The notes under the pieces were generated by a model. The model saw nothing but the letters and a program-made list of their open reading frames with translations. It had not been told where the DNA came from and ran no database searches. Made by a program: the position numbers and the translations under genes. A stretch of DNA of 64,000 nt. It comes from Candidatus Versatilivorator sp. (GTDB taxonomy: Bacteria > Acidobacteriota > Terriglobia > Versatilivoradales > Versatilivoraceae). How positions within the stretch are numbered: the stretch's first letter is position 1; every line of letters starts with the position of its first letter. Positions 59,515 to 64,000 of this stretch are shown one piece after another. The DNA lies in assembly GCA_965207735.1 (NCBI GenBank), contig OZ242296.1, positions 352,001 to 416,000 on the forward strand, given 5' to 3'.

Positions 59515-59675
59515 AGGTGAAGAGTAAATAGTGGAGAGTGGAGAGTAATTTGATCGACACGTTAAGCATCTTGTTGATTTCTGCGCAGTCTTTCAAGATG
59601 GCTCAACCAGGTCATCAGGTGCTCGACTGCTCCCGAAACCCTCCGCTGACCACTCTTCACTCTCCACTCTCCACT
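59515..59675. repeat. Heptamer inverted-arm element (AGTGGAG)n...(CTCCACT)n with a gene-tail remnant
   Basis: Arms at 59515-59546 and 59648-59675 are near reverse complements. Confidence 0.78.
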
Positions 59676-59737
59676 TGTCTTGTGCGAAACAACCCTGTTT
59701 CACTCTCGTATGATCCGCCCGGCAGGGCGGGGGCAGG
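59674..59737 (-). repeat. Degenerate minimal IS110-ended cassette
   Basis: CTTGTCTTGTGCGAAACAACCCTGTTTCACTCTCGTATGATCCGCCCGGCAGGGCGG. Confidence 0.7.
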
Positions 59738-59837
59738 GCGCGAGGACAAACGGGAGTTTCCCAAAGGGCGCCGGTCGACTCTCAGAGAAGTCGCCCGCCG
59801 GATGCCCATCACTGCACCATTGAGACGACACCCCCCG

Positions 59838-59859
59838 GGAGCGCGGGCGTCTCGCCCGC
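59838..59859 (+). repeat. REP-like hairpin
   Basis: GGAG followed by GCGGGCG-TCT-CGCCCGC; single copy in the window. Confidence 0.4.
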
Positions 59860-59897
59860 ATGTTGTCCCTTGAGCGCCGCTAATCGGCTGGCGGAAA

Positions 59898-60971
59898 CTA
59901 CAGCGATCGGGCGGCGGCTGCCGCCACCAGGCTGCCCATCTCCGCCGTCGTCATGCCCCCTCCCAAATCGGCAGTTCGGTTCGGCGCCGGAGCCAGCACC
60001 GCGGTCACCGCCTTTCTGACAGCCGCGGCGGCCCGTCGGGTTTCGGGATGTCCCAGCCAATCCAGCATCATGGCCGTGGAAAGAAGAGTGGCCAGCGGGT
60101 TGGCCACTCCTCTGCCCGCGATGTCGGGGGCTGAGCCGTGGGCGGGTTGGAACACCGCAAAGTCGTCTCCGAGGTCGGCAGAGGGAGCCATGCCCATCCC
60201 CCCCACCAGGCCCGCCGCCAGGTCGGATAGGATGTCTCCGAACATGTTCTCGGTGACCAACACGTCGAAGTCCGCCGGCCGCTCGATCAGATGGAGGCTG
60301 GCGGCGTCCACGTAGAGCGCGTCGGATTCAACCTCTGGAAACTCCCGGCTGATCTCTTTAAAAATCTCCCGGAAATAGGCCATGGAGGGAAGGATGTTGG
60401 CCTTGTCGACCAGTGTGAGCCGTTTCCCGCGGCCCATGGCCTGGCGGAAGGCGGATCGAAACAGGCGCTCCGACCCGGAGCGAGAGATGACCATATGGTC
60501 GCGGGCCTCGGAGGCAGTCAAATCCATCGGTTTGAGACGCCCTGAAAACAGACCCTCGGTACTCTCCCGTACGATGAGAAAGTCGATCCGCCCGTCCTCC
60601 ATGTCCTTGAGTGGAGAGAGGTCGGCTTGGTAGAGATAGAATGGGCGCAGGCCGCAGTAGAGGTCGAGTTGCTCGCGCAAATCCACCTGCGGAGCCATTT
60701 CCAGGCCGTTGGGCCAGCGGACGCTGGGCAATCCCATGGCTCCCAGCAGGATGGCATCCTGTTGTCTGCAGGCTTCCAGGGTTTCCGGAGGCAGCGGATT
60801 CCCGCACTGCAGGTAGGTCCCGGCCCCGACGGAAAATTCCTTCAGCTCAAAAGAGACCCCTTCCAGCTCCTGCTCGACGGCTCTCAGGGTCCTGACGGCC
60901 TCGGCGATAACTTCCGGCCCAATACCGTCTCCAGGCAAGACGGCAATTCGAAAGACTTTCTCTTGGCTCAC
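59898..60971 (-). CDS. Isocitrate/isopropylmalate/tartrate dehydrogenase family
   Basis: LPGDGIGPEV, VRESTEGLF, ENMFGDILSD, HGSAPDIAG; GTG start. Confidence 0.9.
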   Translation of the reverse strand: MSQEKVFRIAVLPGDGIGPEVIAEAVRTLRAVEQELEGVSFELKEFSVGAGTYLQCGNPLPPETLEACRQQDAILLGAMGLPSVRWPNGLEMAPQVDLREQLDLYCGLRPFYLYQADLSPLKDMEDGRIDFLIVRESTEGLFSGRLKPMDLTASEARDHMVISRSGSERLFRSAFRQAMGRGKRLTLVDKANILPSMAYFREIFKEISREFPEVESDALYVDAASLHLIERPADFDVLVTENMFGDILSDLAAGLVGGMGMAPSADLGDDFAVFQPAHGSAPDIAGRGVANPLATLLSTAMMLDWLGHPETRRAAAAVRKAVTAVLAPAPNRTADLGGGMTTAEMGSLVAAAAARSL

Positions 60972-61224
60972 GACCCCTCCCTGAACGAAGTGTTTGACTC
61001 CCACCGACTCGCCTGCGGGCTGTGCTCTGGCCTCTCCGAAGCCGAGCCGATAAGCTGTGGCCGCGGCCGCGGCCGGTCGCTTCAGTCCCATCCTGATCTA
61101 CCGAAATCTCTCCTGAGACATGATCACGCTCCCCGGAGAGAAATGCAGTCCAGGCATCCGATATCGTATCATTCGTCCTGCGGCCTGTCCGTGGCGCAGA
61201 CTTTTTATTGATTTCGATCCGTCC

Positions 61225-63618
61225 ATGCTGTGTTTTCTGCTCCTGATTTTGCTGTTGGCCTGGTACCCCGCGACGGGGTGGTCTCAAGAGATCGACATCC
61301 CGCTGACCCTGCGGGAGACCGCTGGACTGGCTCGCCATCAGTATCCCATCACCTCAGGGGTCCCGCTGCCTCGGGGACTTCTCAAATCAGCCCGCCTGCT
61401 CCAATTGATGGACCGGCAAGGCAGGTTTGTTCCCGCCGCCATTGAGGCAATATCTCGGTGGCCGGAGGACGGGAGCCTGCAGTGGGTCCAGGTCCACTTC
61501 GCCGCCAGCCTGCCGGCCAACGGGCAAGCCGTCTACTTCCTGCGCCGTGTCGGCACCCTGCCCAGGTTTCCCTCGCCCATTGGCCTGGCCCGCCGCAGGG
61601 AGGGGGTGGAAGTGGTCACAGGCCCGCTCCGCTTGGTCATGGGCGGTCCCTCCGAGCAACTGCTGGACCAGGTCTGGGTAGACGAGAACTGGGGCTACGA
61701 CTTCTCCGCGCGTACCCGGATCCTGGATAGTGGCCAATTCCGAATCGCCCTCAGAAGTGGGGGGAACAGCTATGGCATGGGTCCCTGGAGCCAAAATCGG
61801 GTGGAGGTGGAAGAGGCCAATCCGATTCGGGCGGTGATCAAGGTCTCGGGGACGTTTTTCTCCGAGGAAGCGGGTCCCGCGCCCCTGGACTATGTGGCCA
61901 GGGTGACCGTGTATGGGGGAAAAACATTCTTCAAGCTGGGCTTGACGCTGGTTCGGCCCTGCGGCTCGGGCGCCGACGAGTTTCCGGTGGAAGACCTCAG
62001 CCTCGAGGCTCGATTGAACCTGGATTCCCTCTCGCGGCGGTTCGTCCTGGGAGGAGGGGATCGAGATCATCAGGGCCACTTCGATCGAACCTCGACCGTA
62101 TCGCTCTATCTCGACAGTGCCGATTCCTACCGCCTTTCGGAGGTGGAGGAGGGTGAGGCGGCCCCGAGCGGCGGCGCCGGCCGCGAACCTGTCTCCCGTT
62201 CGCTTCGGCGCCGGGTGGCCGGGAAATTTCGCTCCAACCTGGGCTGGGCGGATCTGGCCGATGAGCGGCATGGCCTGGCCCTGGGGGTGCAGCGGTTTTG
62301 GCAGCTCTATCCCATGGCCTTTGAAATCCAAAAGTCAGGGAGCCTGATCGCTCGTCTGTTCCCAGAGGAGGCCAAGCCCTGGAACGTCCCTGCCGGCGGT
62401 TCCACAACCCACCAGATGCTTCTCTACTTTCATGGCCGCCGGGGTTTTGCCGAGGGTCGGGTCAAGAACGAACTCATGGGCCTTCAGAAACCGGTGTATG
62501 CGTTCGCCCCATCCTCCTGGTACTGCCGCCCCAACCAGGCTTTGGGACCGCTTTCGGACTCTTCCCCCGAGGTCTATCGCGAGGGCTATTGGCCGCTGGT
62601 CCGAAAGGTCGACAGCTGGATCATAGGGCAGAGGGAATCGCTGGCAGCGGCCCGCGGCTACGGCCGGGAGGTGCGCGGGAGCGACGGTTACGGGCAACCC
62701 CGCTCAGGGGGAGAGAGTCCCCGTCCGGATATTGTGAAGACCTCCGCGGGAGGCGCCCACTGGAACGATGATCGCGCCTACGCGCTTGCCCATGATCTCT
62801 ACCTTCATTTTTTTCGGACCGGGGATCCCAGGTCGCTGAGGGTTGCCGAGGAGGTGGTTTCCCAAAGAGTGGGCTCGTCCGTTTCCCACCGGCCACACCC
62901 TGCTTCCATGGGTTGTGTGCCGGGCGCCGGGGGCGGGCGGGGCCATGAGCAGTTGCTTTACTCCTTTCTCCTGACCGGAAATCGCCGGGCCCTGGACGCC
63001 GCCCGTTCCTGGCTGGAGCAGGTGGTGGCTGCAGACGAAGTGAATCCTGCTCAGGCGCCCCGCCAAGCGGCCGCTATCCTGGCAGGACTGGTGAGGGGCT
63101 ACCAGGTGCTTGGGGATGAGCGTTACCTGGAGAAAGCCCGCTGGATCGTGGACGTGTTCCGTGCCTGGCAGGAGGAGGATTCGAGGCGCTTGAGGGAGCT
63201 GTCCCCGGTAAACGCCACGCGGTGGGAGGCGGAGCGCGGGCAGACCGGCGGGAGCGAACCCTGGTACAAGGGGGAGCTCTGGTCGGCGCTGTACCGGAAT
63301 CGGCTCCGGTTGGGGCCTGACCGGGTCGAGGCCTTGCTGCAGCGGGAGGCGGGGCCCATCCGGGACGGTCGGGAAGAATGGTTCCCCGGGTCGAAAGATC
63401 CCGGGAAGTTCCCGGGATCCGGAATGGGTCTGGCGTTGGGATTGGCTGCCCTCTACGAATCCGGGGGCGATCCCAAACACTGGGAACTGGCCCTGAAGGT
63501 CTTTACCAGGGCGTTGCAGGATCAGGAGGCATCTCGTCCGATCTCGGCGGGTGCCTTCCCGGGCGGCGCGCAGCAGTTTCTGTGGTACCTGTCCCGGGAA
63601 TTCGATCCGCCCCCGTGA
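61225..63618 (+). CDS. Exported protein with a YetA/exo-rhamnogalacturonan-lyase-like N-terminus and helical C-terminus
   Basis: Signal peptide, PITSGVPLPRG, RWPEDGSLQW, VVTGPLR, FWQLYP. Confidence 0.65.
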   Translation: MLCFLLLILLLAWYPATGWSQEIDIPLTLRETAGLARHQYPITSGVPLPRGLLKSARLLQLMDRQGRFVPAAIEAISRWPEDGSLQWVQVHFAASLPANGQAVYFLRRVGTLPRFPSPIGLARRREGVEVVTGPLRLVMGGPSEQLLDQVWVDENWGYDFSARTRILDSGQFRIALRSGGNSYGMGPWSQNRVEVEEANPIRAVIKVSGTFFSEEAGPAPLDYVARVTVYGGKTFFKLGLTLVRPCGSGADEFPVEDLSLEARLNLDSLSRRFVLGGGDRDHQGHFDRTSTVSLYLDSADSYRLSEVEEGEAAPSGGAGREPVSRSLRRRVAGKFRSNLGWADLADERHGLALGVQRFWQLYPMAFEIQKSGSLIARLFPEEAKPWNVPAGGSTTHQMLLYFHGRRGFAEGRVKNELMGLQKPVYAFAPSSWYCRPNQALGPLSDSSPEVYREGYWPLVRKVDSWIIGQRESLAAARGYGREVRGSDGYGQPRSGGESPRPDIVKTSAGGAHWNDDRAYALAHDLYLHFFRTGDPRSLRVAEEVVSQRVGSSVSHRPHPASMGCVPGAGGGRGHEQLLYSFLLTGNRRALDAARSWLEQVVAADEVNPAQAPRQAAAILAGLVRGYQVLGDERYLEKARWIVDVFRAWQEEDSRRLRELSPVNATRWEAERGQTGGSEPWYKGELWSALYRNRLRLGPDRVEALLQREAGPIRDGREEWFPGSKDPGKFPGSGMGLALGLAALYESGGDPKHWELALKVFTRALQDQEASRPISAGAFPGGAQQFLWYLSREFDPPP

Positions 63619-63622
63619 CGCA

Positions 63623-64000
63623 TCAGAGAAGTGGGACAACGGCCCTTTGAAAGACCTGATAGTTCTGACCGCCGACCAGACTAAGAGTCAGTCGACCCTT
63701 TCTGTCGATGACGAAGGTGGTGGGAAACCCTCCGATCCAGTCCGGCGCAAGGAAGTCAATCAGGGCCTCGTAGGTCTCCTCGGCGTTGATATAGGTGGGG
63801 AAGGTCACGCCGTTTTCTTCGAGGAAGGCCTCCACCTGCCGCCGTTGCTCGGGATCGTCTACCGAAATCAGGATCAACTCCAGACCCTTGGCCCGGTATT
63901 TCCCGTAGAGCTTGATCAGGTCGGGAAACTCCTCGCGGCAGGGAACGCACCAGGTTGCCCAGAGGTTGATCACGACCACCTTTCCCTCGTTCTTCTTCAG
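63623..64000 (-). CDS. TlpA-family thiol-disulfide oxidoreductase (5' truncated)
   Basis: INLWATWCVPCREEFP, FPTTFVID. Confidence 0.9.
   Translation of the reverse strand: MKKNEGKVVVINLWATWCVPCREEFPDLIKLYGKYRAKGLELILISVDDPEQRRQVEAFLEENGVTFPTYINAEETYEALIDFLAPDWIGGFPTTFVIDRKGRLTLSLVGGQNYQVFQRAVVPLL

Noticed and set aside
1-64000. tRNA or rRNA genes
   Set aside because: None recognised by eye in the intergenic gaps; a tRNAscan/Infernal run would be needed to exclude them

Overview
A GC-rich bacterial chromosome segment, most likely Acidobacteriota (inferred from the Oar-type TonB receptor, the atypical Hfq and the hypothetical proteins). Housekeeping content: a SAM-I riboswitch-led operon (ThrC-like, MoeB, cysteine desulfurase, asd, MoaD/CysO-like carrier), acnA, a Lol-like envelope cluster, ddl, asnS, ychF and the mraZ-ftsZ dcw cluster. 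The intergenic DNA is a nested mobilome: an IS1182/IS5-like IS with its 238-bp MITE, a 246-bp CTAG-flanked MITE, and 7-mer and 9-mer repeat-armed elements holding what look like 3' tails of four-helix-bundle and GxxExxY genes. The most notable locus is 55.0-59.7 kb. There an intact IS110 recombinase heads a tandem array of about 181-bp non-coding cassettes that carry its own ends. Its upstream RNA has two look-alike guide loops, one matching its own end and one matching the cassette end it sits against. A group II intron has inserted precisely into cassette 4. All alignments and folds were done by eye.
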